IMG/VR virus record: IMGVR_UViG_3300005512_000001
Coordinates: 64,001-128,000 of that record
Length of the DNA stretch: 64,000 nt
Direction: 5' to 3' (one strand)
Source: a virus
Taxonomy: Duplodnaviria > Caudoviricetes
Program-made: the position numbers and the translations under genes
Notes under the pieces: model-generated
Database searches by the model: none
What the model was told of the DNA's origin: nothing
The model's input: only the letters and a program-made list of their open reading frames with translations
Shown: positions 10,372 to 20,540 of the stretch, one piece after another
How positions within the stretch are numbered: the first letter of the stretch is position 1
Layout of the letters: each line of letters starts with the position of its first letter

Positions 10372-11005
10372 TTCTGTAGCATCCTGCGTGTGCTATTATG
10401 TGTTATGAGCAGTTTATGCAAAAATTCAGTTACGCTATCATACATCCCATTATTCTATCCTGAGATAGCAGCATCCAATCTTCGTACGCAATATCGGCGT
10501 CGCAATTTCTTGTTGCGGGCTACAGATGCCCTAAAATATGCAAAAGCCCAAAATATAGGATTAGCAACTACTTGCATACAACATAAGCTTGGCCCAATCT
10601 TTGTGCTGCAACATGGGCAGGCAATTGTTAAACACATCATGTGGTGGTCAAATAATCATCCAGATGAATTATTTGAATTCCATGCATATTATCATAATGA
10701 GCAATTCAGTGCTATGTTGGTACCTAATTTGAAATGCTCATCAACTAAAACATCTATAGATATTTGCGGTATGGGCATTGACCCATCAATTGACGTACTA
10801 TTCTTACCACTGCGTGTATTTATGATGGATACAAGCCAAAAATTTTATTACAGCAGTGAGACTATTAATCTTGGTATTATAGACTTAGCGATGCTGGGTA
10901 TGGGGAACCAATTCAATCAAAATGACGTGCATTGGCTGCAGAACATACCATTATCTTCTGCCAATTATTTAGAAGCTTTGCATGGGCTATAACCTCATTT
11001 ATCAG

Positions 11006-11034
11006 TTGTTTGCGCGACGCTGGCGCGACACAAA
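11006..11034 (+). promoter_or_regulatory. C-for-T sigma70-like promoter heading the NAD salvage operon
   Basis: TTGTTT-N17-CACAAA with CGCGA extended -10. Confidence 0.7.
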
Positions 11035-11071
11035 AGAGCGATGAAGCGTGCCATCTAGATAGGAGAATAAA

Positions 11072-11644
11072 ATGGCATATAATAAGAGTAATAACAATGG
11101 CAACCGTAATGGCAACCGTGGCAACCGCAACAACCACAATGGCAACCGCAAATTACAAAAAGTAGTGCACCCGCATTTCGCCGTCCGAAGGCTCCCTCTC
11201 CCGATATTTAGGCATTATCAAGAACACAAACAAGCCGATTCTATTGATAGTTCTCGATTCTATCATTCTGATGGAGAGATACTTATCGAAGTGACTCGCG
11301 ACGATGAATATGACACCTGGACATGGAGGGGCGGTGAATTCCATGTTGCGGCTGACATATTGCCGAAGCAAATCTTCCGGTATTACCGCCAAGGCAAACG
11401 TGAGATTTTCATCAGAGAAACTATGTTTTATCTTGAAGACAAGCAGGTTGTTGTCCAGGTAGACTTGGGCGACACTATTGATATATGGCGATGGCAACTT
11501 GCTAATGACAATAATAACACTGACGATTTCCGTGTTTGGAAGATTGAGTCTAGTGAACCGACAGATGGCGAGGCAGTCGAAGTCGCTACCGCGAGTGAGT
11601 GGGAATTCACCGAGAGTGGTATGATAGAAGAGGATGACGAATGA
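11072..11644 (+). CDS. hypothetical protein with Asn/Arg-rich N-terminus and internal two-fold repeat
   Basis: AGGAG RBS; LP..IFR.Y...K......FY......(I/V).V.....D.W.W occurs twice; ATGA overlap with pncB. Confidence 0.7.
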   Translation: MAYNKSNNNGNRNGNRGNRNNHNGNRKLQKVVHPHFAVRRLPLPIFRHYQEHKQADSIDSSRFYHSDGEILIEVTRDDEYDTWTWRGGEFHVAADILPKQIFRYYRQGKREIFIRETMFYLEDKQVVVQVDLGDTIDIWRWQLANDNNNTDDFRVWKIESSEPTDGEAVEVATASEWEFTESGMIEEDDE

Positions 11645-12792
11645 CATCAATGTTAGATGATGATTTATATAAGTTCACTATGGCTCAGGCTGTCTTAAAG
11701 GCGGCACCAAACGCCATGGCCGAATATAGATTCACCAATAGAGGAACGCAGCATTTCTTCTCAGAAGAATTCTTCTGTGCTTTACGTAGCCAAGTTTCAG
11801 AAATGACCAACATCAAAGCAACTGACGAAGAACTGCAATGGCTCTCTAGTCTTCCATTCATAACACCATGGTTTGTAGATTATATTGCAAACTACCGTTA
11901 TGACCCATCTGAGGTATCTATTAGGAACCGCAACGGACACCTAGAGGTGAAAATACGTGGTCCTTGGCGACGCACGATTCTCTGGGAAGTAAAACTGCTT
12001 AGTCTCATCAGCGAGCTGTATTTCCAGATTATAGATGTCGACTGGGATACTGCAGCTACGTGGGATGAGCAAGCCCTAAAGATTGGACGCAAAGCAGCAC
12101 ATCTCTCGGGTACGCATTATGCCGACTTTGGTACACGCAGAAGGCGTTCTTTCAAATCTCAAAACACCCTAGTTGATTTGATGCGGCGAAAAAGCGGCTT
12201 TGTTGGCACCAGCAATATGCATCTCGCAATGGAATATGGCATTAAGCCGATCGGGACCATGGCTCACGAATGGCCTATGGCTTGGAGTGTATTGGCCGGA
12301 TTGAGGAATGCCAACCGATATGCATTGCAATCGTGGTCCGATATGTACGGTGGGAATTTGGGCATTGCACTGACTGATACTTTCGGTTCAGATGCATTTT
12401 TCCGTAACTTCACATTACAATATGCCAAGCTATATGATGGTGTTCGGCATGATAGTGGATGTCCATTTGATTTTATTGAAAAGACAATTAGCCATTACCA
12501 GAGGCTTGGTATAGACCCAACCACTAAGACAATTATATTTAGCGATGGTTTGAAGCCAGACTTAGCTGTAAGACTGAATGGTAGTTGTTCTGGCAGAATC
12601 AAAGCAGCTTTTGGCATCGGCACAAATTTTACCAATGATTTTGCGACTCCAGCTTTGAATATCGTAATAAAGTTGCGTAAGCTCAATGGGGTGGATGTAG
12701 TAAAGTTGAGCGACGATGATGGCAAAGCAACTGGGGATGCTGATGCAATCCGCGTGGCACGCTGGGTTTTCAATAATACACCTCTTGACTAA
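11641..12792 (+). CDS. pncB: nicotinate phosphoribosyltransferase
   Basis: LDDDLYKFTM, DFGTRRR, GTSN, GTMAHE, LTDTFG, GVRHDSG, FSDGL, FGIGT, KLSDD.GK motifs. Confidence 0.95.
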   Translation: MTSMLDDDLYKFTMAQAVLKAAPNAMAEYRFTNRGTQHFFSEEFFCALRSQVSEMTNIKATDEELQWLSSLPFITPWFVDYIANYRYDPSEVSIRNRNGHLEVKIRGPWRRTILWEVKLLSLISELYFQIIDVDWDTAATWDEQALKIGRKAAHLSGTHYADFGTRRRRSFKSQNTLVDLMRRKSGFVGTSNMHLAMEYGIKPIGTMAHEWPMAWSVLAGLRNANRYALQSWSDMYGGNLGIALTDTFGSDAFFRNFTLQYAKLYDGVRHDSGCPFDFIEKTISHYQRLGIDPTTKTIIFSDGLKPDLAVRLNGSCSGRIKAAFGIGTNFTNDFATPALNIVIKLRKLNGVDVVKLSDDDGKATGDADAIRVARWVFNNTPLD

Positions 12793-13003
12793 CAAGATAG
12801 AGAGTTGGAAATGACTTATTCAGTTTATATTGAATATACAGATGGGCAAACGGAGAGACTCACTCGCGTAACTCAATATGATCTTAGGCGTAAATTATTT
12901 TATTTTGTTCTTGGGAGTGGGCGGACAAAGCATATTCATAGTGACACGGTTAAGAGCGTTCTTGTCACGCCAAACGATGAAGAGTAGGAATAACAGGAAT
13001 AGT

Positions 13004-13819
13004 ATGAAGAATATGAAGAATTTAGCATCAGGAATTGCAGATTGGGTTAGAAATTATGCCACCAAAGCCGGCAAAGAAGTATTGGTGGTTGGTATTTCTG
13101 GTGGCATTGACTCCGCTGTGGCTGCGAAATTGTGTGAGATGACGGGGTTGAGGACCATTTGTGTTTCAATGCCTGCAACCCCAGATGGCGTCACTACTAA
13201 CTCCACAATACGCGCGATTAACCAATGCAGGCAGATGGAAATTGAACTCATAGAGGCCGACATTGGTACGGTTCTCGACAATATGTGCCTAGCCATCGAC
13301 ACTTGGACTAATAATGGTCCGGTCGATGACTCCAATTCTCACAAACTGCGCCGTGGGAATTTGGCGGCCAGAATCAGGGCGAATGTCTTATATGACACCG
13401 CCGCAACGAATAATGGCTTGGTGGTCGGAACCAGCAATCTAGATGAGATAGAAATTGGTTATCTCACAAAAGGCGGCGATGGACTTGTGGACTTAGAACC
13501 TCTTGCTGGTCTGCATAAGAGGCAAGTAAGAGAACTTGCAAGGTACCTCGAAATCTCTAGTGAAATTATCGATGCTGCCCCCAGCGCTGAATTATGGGAT
13601 GGACAAACCGATGAGCAAGAACTCGGGATGACCTATGACGAACTTGCATTTGCTATTGATTACATCCATAATACTCATATTGACACTCCATTAAATGAGC
13701 AACAAGCAGTGGTTGTTGAAAAAGTTCGACAGCGAATGCAGGCCAATAATCACAAAACTTCTTTGCCACCTGTCTTCCCATTACAAATATGGAAGATTGA
13801 ACAGGACCTTTGTATTTAG
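13004..13819 (+). CDS. nadE: NH3-dependent NAD+ synthetase
   Basis: SGGIDS PP-loop, N..ARIR, GTSN..E, GY.TK.GDG, PSAELW.GQTDE.ELG; no glutaminase domain. Confidence 0.93.
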   Translation: MKNMKNLASGIADWVRNYATKAGKEVLVVGISGGIDSAVAAKLCEMTGLRTICVSMPATPDGVTTNSTIRAINQCRQMEIELIEADIGTVLDNMCLAIDTWTNNGPVDDSNSHKLRRGNLAARIRANVLYDTAATNNGLVVGTSNLDEIEIGYLTKGGDGLVDLEPLAGLHKRQVRELARYLEISSEIIDAAPSAELWDGQTDEQELGMTYDELAFAIDYIHNTHIDTPLNEQQAVVVEKVRQRMQANNHKTSLPPVFPLQIWKIEQDLCI

Positions 13820-13825
13820 GGATAT

Positions 13826-14440
13826 ATGATGAAGAGAGCACTACTGCTGGTTGATATCCAATATGATTTTTTGCCGCGCGGACCATTATCTGTCCCATTC
13901 GGCGATGAAATTATACCAGTCGCGGAGGCCATGATTTTGCAATTCGCTAGTCGTGGCGACCCGATTTTTACATCACAAGATTGGCATCCTGCTGGACATT
14001 GCAGCTTTGCCAGTACGCATGGAAAGACTGTGTATACGACGTTAGAAACCGGCGAAATGTTGTGGCCCGATCACTGTGTGATTCACACTGATGGTGCCAA
14101 ACTGGCAGTGACCGTTCCTTGGAATGCCGTGAAGGTATACAAGGGTGTCGATATTAATATTGATAGCTATAGTGCATTTTACGACAACAACCACGCCAAA
14201 TCTACTGGTTTGGCGGAGTCTCTGGCTGCACGCCGCATTACAGATTTGTATGTTATGGGTTTAGCTACAGATTATTGTGTGAAAGCAACTGTTGATGATG
14301 CTTTGGATGAGGGGTTTAATGTCCATCTTATCATCGATGGCTGTAGAGGTGTCGATATAGCCACTACTGAAAAGGCGATATTTGAAATGCTGAAAAGCGT
14401 GTCTATGATTCAATCTGCACACCTTCTATCAGTGCGATGA
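13826..14440 (+). CDS. pncA: nicotinamidase/pyrazinamidase
   Basis: VDIQYDF, QDWHP..H.SF, WPDHCV, KG...DSYSAF, GLATDYCV. Confidence 0.95.
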   Translation: MMKRALLLVDIQYDFLPRGPLSVPFGDEIIPVAEAMILQFASRGDPIFTSQDWHPAGHCSFASTHGKTVYTTLETGEMLWPDHCVIHTDGAKLAVTVPWNAVKVYKGVDINIDSYSAFYDNNHAKSTGLAESLAARRITDLYVMGLATDYCVKATVDDALDEGFNVHLIIDGCRGVDIATTEKAIFEMLKSVSMIQSAHLLSVR

Positions 14441-15258
14441 TTATCATAACACCACATCCTGATAGACTAGAGGACCCTGATTTTAAAGATATTGTGGGTT
14501 ATGACGACGGCCTAGAGGAAATACGTATCTTCAATGCAAAGCAAGCATATTGCTATGCTTATGATGTTATTATAGGAAGATGGCCTGAGGGTGAAGAGGT
14601 TATAAAGAATGACCCTGAATATGCATATCGCTATGCTTATGGTGTTATTAGAGGAAGATGGCCTGAAGGTGAAGAGGCCATAAAGAATGACCCTGAATAT
14701 GCATATCGCTATGCCCGTGATGTTATTAGAGGAAGATGGCCTGAGGGTGAAGAGGCTATAAAGAATGACCCTGAATGGGCATATTGTTATGCCTATTATG
14801 TTATTAGAGGAAGATGGCCTGAAGGTGAAGAGGTTATAAAGAGCAGCCCCGAATATGCATATTGCTATGCCTATAATGTTATGCCTATAATGTTATGCCC
14901 AAAGGAGAACATTATGAATGAATTACTTCTATTAAAAAGACGTGCTAAATCTTTTTGTGATGCACATGGTTTAAAATATAACTACAGCGAGTCATATGGT
15001 GGTTTTATAGGCATCGGACAATCTGGATTCTGGGTGTCTGATGCATCACCTGATGAGGTGCAATCTATTTTAGAAGATTGCCTAACAGAGCACAAAAAAT
15101 TCGAACAAGTCGTGTGGGAACCTGGATTATTATACAAAGCACTTCATGATATCGATGACCCTATTAAGAGTGCCATTGAAGATGAGTTGGGAGATGTATT
15201 CGATAAAAAAACTTTAGATAAAATTGCCAGGATATTTTATAAATACACTGCGGGCTAA
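14437..15258 (+). CDS. 26-aa tandem repeat protein, apparently fused in frame to a second gene starting at 14914
   Basis: (AYxYAxxVIxGRWPEGEExIKxxPEx)x4; internal AAGGAG RBS and ATG at 14914. Confidence 0.7.
   Translation: MIIITPHPDRLEDPDFKDIVGYDDGLEEIRIFNAKQAYCYAYDVIIGRWPEGEEVIKNDPEYAYRYAYGVIRGRWPEGEEAIKNDPEYAYRYARDVIRGRWPEGEEAIKNDPEWAYCYAYYVIRGRWPEGEEVIKSSPEYAYCYAYNVMPIMLCPKENIMNELLLLKRRAKSFCDAHGLKYNYSESYGGFIGIGQSGFWVSDASPDEVQSILEDCLTEHKKFEQVVWEPGLLYKALHDIDDPIKSAIEDELGDVFDKKTLDKIARIFYKYTAG
14545..14880 (+). repeat. 78-bp coding tandem repeat, 4 full units plus a partial
   Basis: units start at 14545, 14623, 14701, 14779 and 14857. Confidence 0.9.
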
Positions 15259-15518
15259 TAATTGGGATTCTTTAAGCGACCAAGCATGCCCTCAATCATG
15301 CGAATGCTCTCTGCATAATCTACTAAGCTTTCAGGCTCAGCGTCCCATATATTACTGAGCTTTAATTCCTCGATTTGCTTGGATAGGCCGCTGACTACAT
15401 ATTGTATTTCCGCTAATGCACCATCAATCCTTCTCATAGTTTTCGATGTGAAATCAGATGAAGGGGAATCACCCCATGCTTCATTAAGCCGCTTATCTAA
15501 TCGTTTGCTGAATTCCAT
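15255..15518 (-). CDS. hypothetical protein, probably late-expressed
   Basis: isolated minus-strand gene preceded by CAAAAATATA motif. Confidence 0.6.
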   Translation of the reverse strand: MEFSKRLDKRLNEAWGDSPSSDFTSKTMRRIDGALAEIQYVVSGLSKQIEELKLSNIWDAEPESLVDYAESIRMIEGMLGRLKNPNY

Positions 15519-15571
15519 AATGGTTCCTTATTATATTTTTGTTTGTGATATGTGGCATTTGTAATAAGGAA

Positions 15572-15600
15572 TTGCCCATAACAGCGTCGTGCAGCACGAC
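15572..15600 (+). promoter_or_regulatory. C-for-T sigma70-like promoter
   Basis: TTGCCC-N17-CACGAC; T-free tract 15591-15621 to the RBS. Confidence 0.7.
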
Positions 15601-15627
15601 GACGGACAGAACACGAAAGGATAAAAA

Positions 15628-16032
15628 ATGTCTGTTGATTTTGTGCACACATTTATGATTGGTTTTTCGGTATCGGAAAGTTTATTGTGCGATGCCGACG
15701 ATTCTGGGGAAATAATGTGGAAACCCGAGATTGCAGCCAAATTGGGCCTTGACAAATCGTTAGAACCTGGTGAATTATGGGATTCCCATTGCGATGGAAT
15801 TGGGGCTATTGTGCTATATAAGTTGGACCCATCTATCGCCGATGAGTCCGATGTAGCATATCTTGTTGGCATAGAGTTGACGAGTTTCGTGAGTCAGGAA
15901 GATGGATGGGTAGCGAGAACGGATGTACCGGCACTCCCTTCTAAAGAGGAACTCGCAGCATGTCTGCAGGAATTTGGGGTGCCATTCGATGAAAATTCAT
16001 GGGGTTTTTGGCGGTATACAGAAGTAAGTTAA
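15628..16032 (+). CDS. acidic hypothetical protein
   Basis: AAGGA RBS, downstream of the promoter motif. Confidence 0.65.
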   Translation: MSVDFVHTFMIGFSVSESLLCDADDSGEIMWKPEIAAKLGLDKSLEPGELWDSHCDGIGAIVLYKLDPSIADESDVAYLVGIELTSFVSQEDGWVARTDVPALPSKEELAACLQEFGVPFDENSWGFWRYTEVS

Positions 16033-16060
16033 GGAACTCAACCCAAATAAGGACCGGAAA

Positions 16061-16525
16061 ATGTCCCACGTCGCCAAGATTGATATCAAAATTACAGACT
16101 TAGACGCCCTAGAGAAGGCAGCTGCGGATTGTGGATTAGAATTAGTGCGAGGCCAGAAGACATATAAATGGTACGGTCGCTGGGTCGACGATTATAGTGC
16201 CAATGATGCCGCTTACAAGCATGGGATTAAACCCGCTGATTATGGGTCTTGCGACCATGCTATAAGAATCCCTGGCAACTCAATGGCATATGAGGTTGGT
16301 GTCGTTAAGAATCCCAACGGCGAAGGGTGGGTCCTTATTTGGGATTTCTGGAATGGAGGCCATGGCTTGCAAGCGAAGCTCGGTGGTGCCAAAGATTGCT
16401 TTAAGCTTCAAGATGCATATAGCAAACATGTCGCTATCAAACAAGCCGACGCACTAGGCTATGTTTGGGAAGAAGAAGTAGATGAAGACGGTGAAATAAC
16501 CATTAATATGTATGACTATAGCTAG
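16061..16525 (+). CDS. DUF1257-like protein
   Basis: MSH...I...I.DL.AL..A start, YEVG, DFW, and terminal GY..EE...DG.I.I pattern. Confidence 0.7.
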   Translation: MSHVAKIDIKITDLDALEKAAADCGLELVRGQKTYKWYGRWVDDYSANDAAYKHGIKPADYGSCDHAIRIPGNSMAYEVGVVKNPNGEGWVLIWDFWNGGHGLQAKLGGAKDCFKLQDAYSKHVAIKQADALGYVWEEEVDEDGEITINMYDYS

Positions 16526-17366
16526 AGAGACCGATGAGCTATCTGCACAATCTAATAATCAACATTGCCCTTATATGTTTTAATGTTGTGGCATGCGGTA
16601 CACATATAACATCATGGTTGGCTCTGCCATTCGCGGTCACGGTTGTACTTATATTACTATTGATTTGGTGGCAAACCAAAAATGTCAATAAGTTGTGTCG
16701 ATTATCAGAACCAGCCTTGGAAATATTAGGGCATAAAGATGGCCCCAATATAGTTCGTGGCGCGGACGACCCTGACAACCATATTATGCCAGTAATGGTT
16801 ATATCTGGCAGAAAACAAAACAGCATTGAATCTCATGTGGCCACAAACGGCAAAAATGCATGGATAGTCCGCCAAGATTACAAATCGGAGAAGTATATTG
16901 TCACAATGACTATTGGCTATATGCCCAAAGGGTTAAAAGAAACTATGGCAGAGGTTTGTGTGGAGGATAATTGATGAGCGTCTTCATTTACCCATGCTAC
17001 GACGATTTAGAACCGTGGATATTCAATGCCAATGGATGGGGCTTAATAGGCAAGGTACACAAAGCATCTGGGACTGATTTGGTCTTAGAGACATTGAACG
17101 GGCCAGAGCTTCCATTATCAATGACAGATGATGATGCTAAAGAAATGTCGCGATTTTTGAAGTCGCTAAAACAAGAGCGAATCATAGAGGTCATGCATGA
17201 AAACAATAATCTCTGGGGAGGGACAGCAGAGGCTTTTATAAAACATATAAACGATTGGGCTGATTTTCTGGCGGATTGTGGTGGGTACGAGGCAGGATAA
17301 TGGAACTATTACCTCACATCCTGCCCAACATTTAAACCAATAATAAATCGTTGATAGAATCGAATA

Positions 17367-17681
17367 ATGGCTTCTAGAAGAAAACACCGACAGGATTGCA
17401 TTGAACGCCTAGGAAATGATTGGGATGAAGTACATGCTTGGTTGGACGGGCGTTTTATGGAGTGCAATGGACACATACGGCATCGCATTTACCGTCACAA
17501 TGCCGAAGGCGTCGAAAAAATACGTAAATGGTGGGGCGATGAAGCCGCACAAGCAGCTAAAATCCACATCCAACGAGATTTCGGACTTCTTGATGTTCCA
17601 GGTGTTTCGTTAGATGAAATCCCAAAAAACATGAAAGATGCAGCAGTTATTTTGGCTATAATTCTTGAGGACCAAAAGTGA
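17367..17681 (+). CDS. DUF6915-like protein
   Basis: H...C....G...VH.WLD...RHR..RH..EG...HI..D pattern. Confidence 0.55.
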   Translation: MASRRKHRQDCIERLGNDWDEVHAWLDGRFMECNGHIRHRIYRHNAEGVEKIRKWWGDEAAQAAKIHIQRDFGLLDVPGVSLDEIPKNMKDAAVILAIILEDQK

Positions 17682-18118
17682 AAGAACATGCGTCTCTCAC
17701 CATTAAGCCAGCTGAAGTTATCCCAACAAGCATAGTGGAATGCATCGCTATTGTTGGGACCACGGTCTGCGCGGTCCCAACATATGATTCTACGGCCTAT
17801 GCTACAAAGCATAAAGCTGAGCTTGCAATTTTCTTGGTAGAGGCGATTGACCCATCAAAAGATAATGTGTACTTTCTACTATACTTATCTACCCAATATG
17901 GATACTGTTATTACGCCGTCGACCATAATGAAAATGTCTATAGGGTATCAAAATTAGGCGGTGGTGACCCTAAATATCCAACTGTAACTAGTGACGGGCA
18001 TTCTGGGATTTTTAAAGTACAGAACCCACAAGAAGAAATAGATTGTATGGAAAAACTTATACTACTAGAGACGGTCAAACTGTATTGTGAGGCTCCTGGT
18101 GGCAGCGAAAACAAATAG
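17678..18118 (+). CDS. hypothetical protein, DP/xDG family
   Basis: IDPSKDNVYF...YAVDHNENVY...DCMEKLILLETVKLY. Confidence 0.55.
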   Translation: MKEHASLTIKPAEVIPTSIVECIAIVGTTVCAVPTYDSTAYATKHKAELAIFLVEAIDPSKDNVYFLLYLSTQYGYCYYAVDHNENVYRVSKLGGGDPKYPTVTSDGHSGIFKVQNPQEEIDCMEKLILLETVKLYCEAPGGSENK

Positions 18119-18366
18119 GTGTACTGGGCTAGGATAAATTATGAGAAAGTATGGTCCAAAGCACAAAGACCATAAGAGTATAGGGTCTCCATGCCCATTA
18201 TGTCACGTCGAATTCAAGGAGAACGATTTCACCACTTTACTTGCCCTGTTCCCGGATGGAATAGAACAAGCAGAGCGAATGCTCGATGGCATGAATTATA
18301 CCGCGCATGCCGTAGAAGTCCACGTACATTGTGCCGAAAAAGCTGGATATAAAGTAGAGGACTAAA

Positions 18367-19119
18367 ATGAGCGAGCCAGAATTCAACACAGTTAGTATGT
18401 ATACGTCGCCGGATAACGCACTAGTAATCAAAAGGTCCAAGACTAGGAGCTTCCTAAGGAAAATAACTAACCCATCAATATTCGGAATCAGAGTTAGCTT
18501 CCACTGGACTATGTTGATTCTACCGCTGATGTGGTTGCTGCAAGGTTATGGTTTGGGGCAGTCTCTATCGTTGTTTGTGGTCGTATTCACATCAGTCTTG
18601 TTGCATGAATTCGGCCATGTGGCAGCCAGCAATGTACTCGGGTCATCGTGTAGCCAAATTACTCTCCACCTATTTGGTGGCGTGGCAATGTCTAGAGGCG
18701 ATATAAAGCCATCACGCAGATTAGTGGTGTATCTGTGCGGCCCTGCAGTTTCCTTGGCTTTGTTAGTGACTAGCTTCATATTATTTATGTCGCCTAGCAC
18801 ATCATACTATCAGCTTGGGCAACTTTATTATTCGAACTTCTATTATTATGTTGTTGGCATGACAGCTATTATTAATTTCATGCTGTTCGTCTTCAATATG
18901 CTGCCGATGTATCCGTTAGACGGCGGCGGTGCATTGTTGTCTTTACTAAGCATAAAATTGCCGGTATCTAAGGCAAGACGCATCACTGGGGTTGTAGGTC
19001 TGACCACAGCGGGCCTGATTGGGATGTACTTCCTAAGCCGTGGTCAGATTATGGGGCTTTGCATAGTGGTATTTGCAGTTCTTGCCAACTTATCTCTGCT
19101 GCGAGACCAAAATGCCTAA
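18367..19119 (+). CDS. site-2 protease (peptidase M50)
   Basis: HEFGH zinc motif, LFGG, GPAVS, FNMLPMYPLDGG, several TM segments. Confidence 0.9.
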   Translation: MSEPEFNTVSMYTSPDNALVIKRSKTRSFLRKITNPSIFGIRVSFHWTMLILPLMWLLQGYGLGQSLSLFVVVFTSVLLHEFGHVAASNVLGSSCSQITLHLFGGVAMSRGDIKPSRRLVVYLCGPAVSLALLVTSFILFMSPSTSYYQLGQLYYSNFYYYVVGMTAIINFMLFVFNMLPMYPLDGGGALLSLLSIKLPVSKARRITGVVGLTTAGLIGMYFLSRGQIMGLCIVVFAVLANLSLLRDQNA

Positions 19120-19774
19120 ATTTGAATCCTGTGGAAACAAAGCGGTCTCAACAATATCCAAACCCATAATCATTTCATATACCATTGGGGTTGAGGGCTG
19201 GCTACACAATCTGCTAAACGGCACAGGGTCGCTTATAGCTTATATTAAAATCATAGGCGCAGACCAGGCGCAAGTCACAAGAGAATATAAATCGAAGTCT
19301 AAACGGTATAAAGCTAGATTGAAAGATGGCAAACTCATAGTCGGTGGGAAACCATTAAATGCCGTTAATGCTGACAAAGTGATTGCGGCTCTAAAACACA
19401 CCAAACCATATCGTGTTCCTGGGGAGCTAGACCCAATTGGAAATATTTATGTGATGGATAGGCAGATTTATGGGCTATGCAACAACATAATCACAGATGA
19501 TATAGATACTCCCGGTCGAGAGCTAGTAGTAATAGTAAATTGCCCAATTTGCACTCCCCATTTTGTGTCCCATAGAGACCATCGGCGAGTCAACCGTGTA
19601 TGCATTGCGTTTGATGCTACTAAAGACAAGTGCTATGAAGTTCTCACTACTACCAGAAAAGTTATAGGCAAGAAAGTGGCCGATATCGGGCTTGAGTATG
19701 CCATACAAAAATCAATAAGCCATAAAGTGGCAGAATTTATAGAATCATGGCATCGAAGCAACGAACATACTTAA
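19112..19774 (+). CDS. hypothetical protein
   Basis: long ORF overlapping upstream stop; weak DP/xDG-like C-terminus. Confidence 0.6.
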   Translation: MPKFESCGNKAVSTISKPIIISYTIGVEGWLHNLLNGTGSLIAYIKIIGADQAQVTREYKSKSKRYKARLKDGKLIVGGKPLNAVNADKVIAALKHTKPYRVPGELDPIGNIYVMDRQIYGLCNNIITDDIDTPGRELVVIVNCPICTPHFVSHRDHRRVNRVCIAFDATKDKCYEVLTTTRKVIGKKVADIGLEYAIQKSISHKVAEFIESWHRSNEHT

Positions 19775-19784
19775 CGTTCCGCAA

Positions 19785-19813
19785 TTCTCGCAGCCGCTTC
19801 TGTGCTGCACAAC
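19785..19813 (+). promoter_or_regulatory. C-for-T sigma70-like promoter
   Basis: TTCTCG-N17-CACAAC, intergenic before GGAG and the ATG at 19851. Confidence 0.65.
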
Positions 19814-19850
19814 AGCACGAGACAATGCGCGGCTATCGGAGAAGCTAACA

Positions 19851-20249
19851 ATGTCAATGCAAGACCAGATGGATATGCCGTATGATGACTGGATTGTTGA
19901 GGTTGCAAGGCTCTTAGGGCAGAAACCAGAGCAGGTAAATGCGATTCCTGGAATCTCCCATTTGTACGGCACTATCACGCCGGTAGTAGCCGTAGAAATA
20001 ATTACCAACACATCTAATGCAGATGATGAGAGTTATGATGTGTTGGCTGTATTGTTAGAAGATATAGGCTACGATACCAAACTCTTTGGTATTCATAATA
20101 CATCAGACTTGAAGCTTGTTATTGCCCACATAAAGGAATGGTTGGGGGCGAAAGCTGAGAGTGACCACAAGCCATGTAATGATGAGATTAGGGATGCTGC
20201 CATTAAGGCAGTCTTATTAGCCACACGGCTTGCAGGTGGAGACCTATAG
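19851..20249 (+). CDS. hypothetical protein
   Basis: GGAG RBS, downstream of promoter motif. Confidence 0.65.
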   Translation: MSMQDQMDMPYDDWIVEVARLLGQKPEQVNAIPGISHLYGTITPVVAVEIITNTSNADDESYDVLAVLLEDIGYDTKLFGIHNTSDLKLVIAHIKEWLGAKAESDHKPCNDEIRDAAIKAVLLATRLAGGDL

Positions 20250-20540
20250 AATGGTCAATCCAATCTGTAAGAATTGTAGGGTCCAAATGGAACGTACCTC
20301 TGACCGATTCCCGGTGAAAGACCCACCGATGAGTGGATTTAAGAGTACAGTTTGGGTGGGCGACCTTTTTAAATGCCCAGAATGTGGTATCCAAATAGTC
20401 CTGAATTTCGGCCAGCCTTTGCGGTCTGAAATATCGGAACATTGGAAACATAAGGCGTTACAGTTCAGATATTCGTAATCGGTTCGTATAACCGGATTTG
20501 CTCGTAGCCACGCATATTGTGTGCGCATTTGGAGCCGAAC

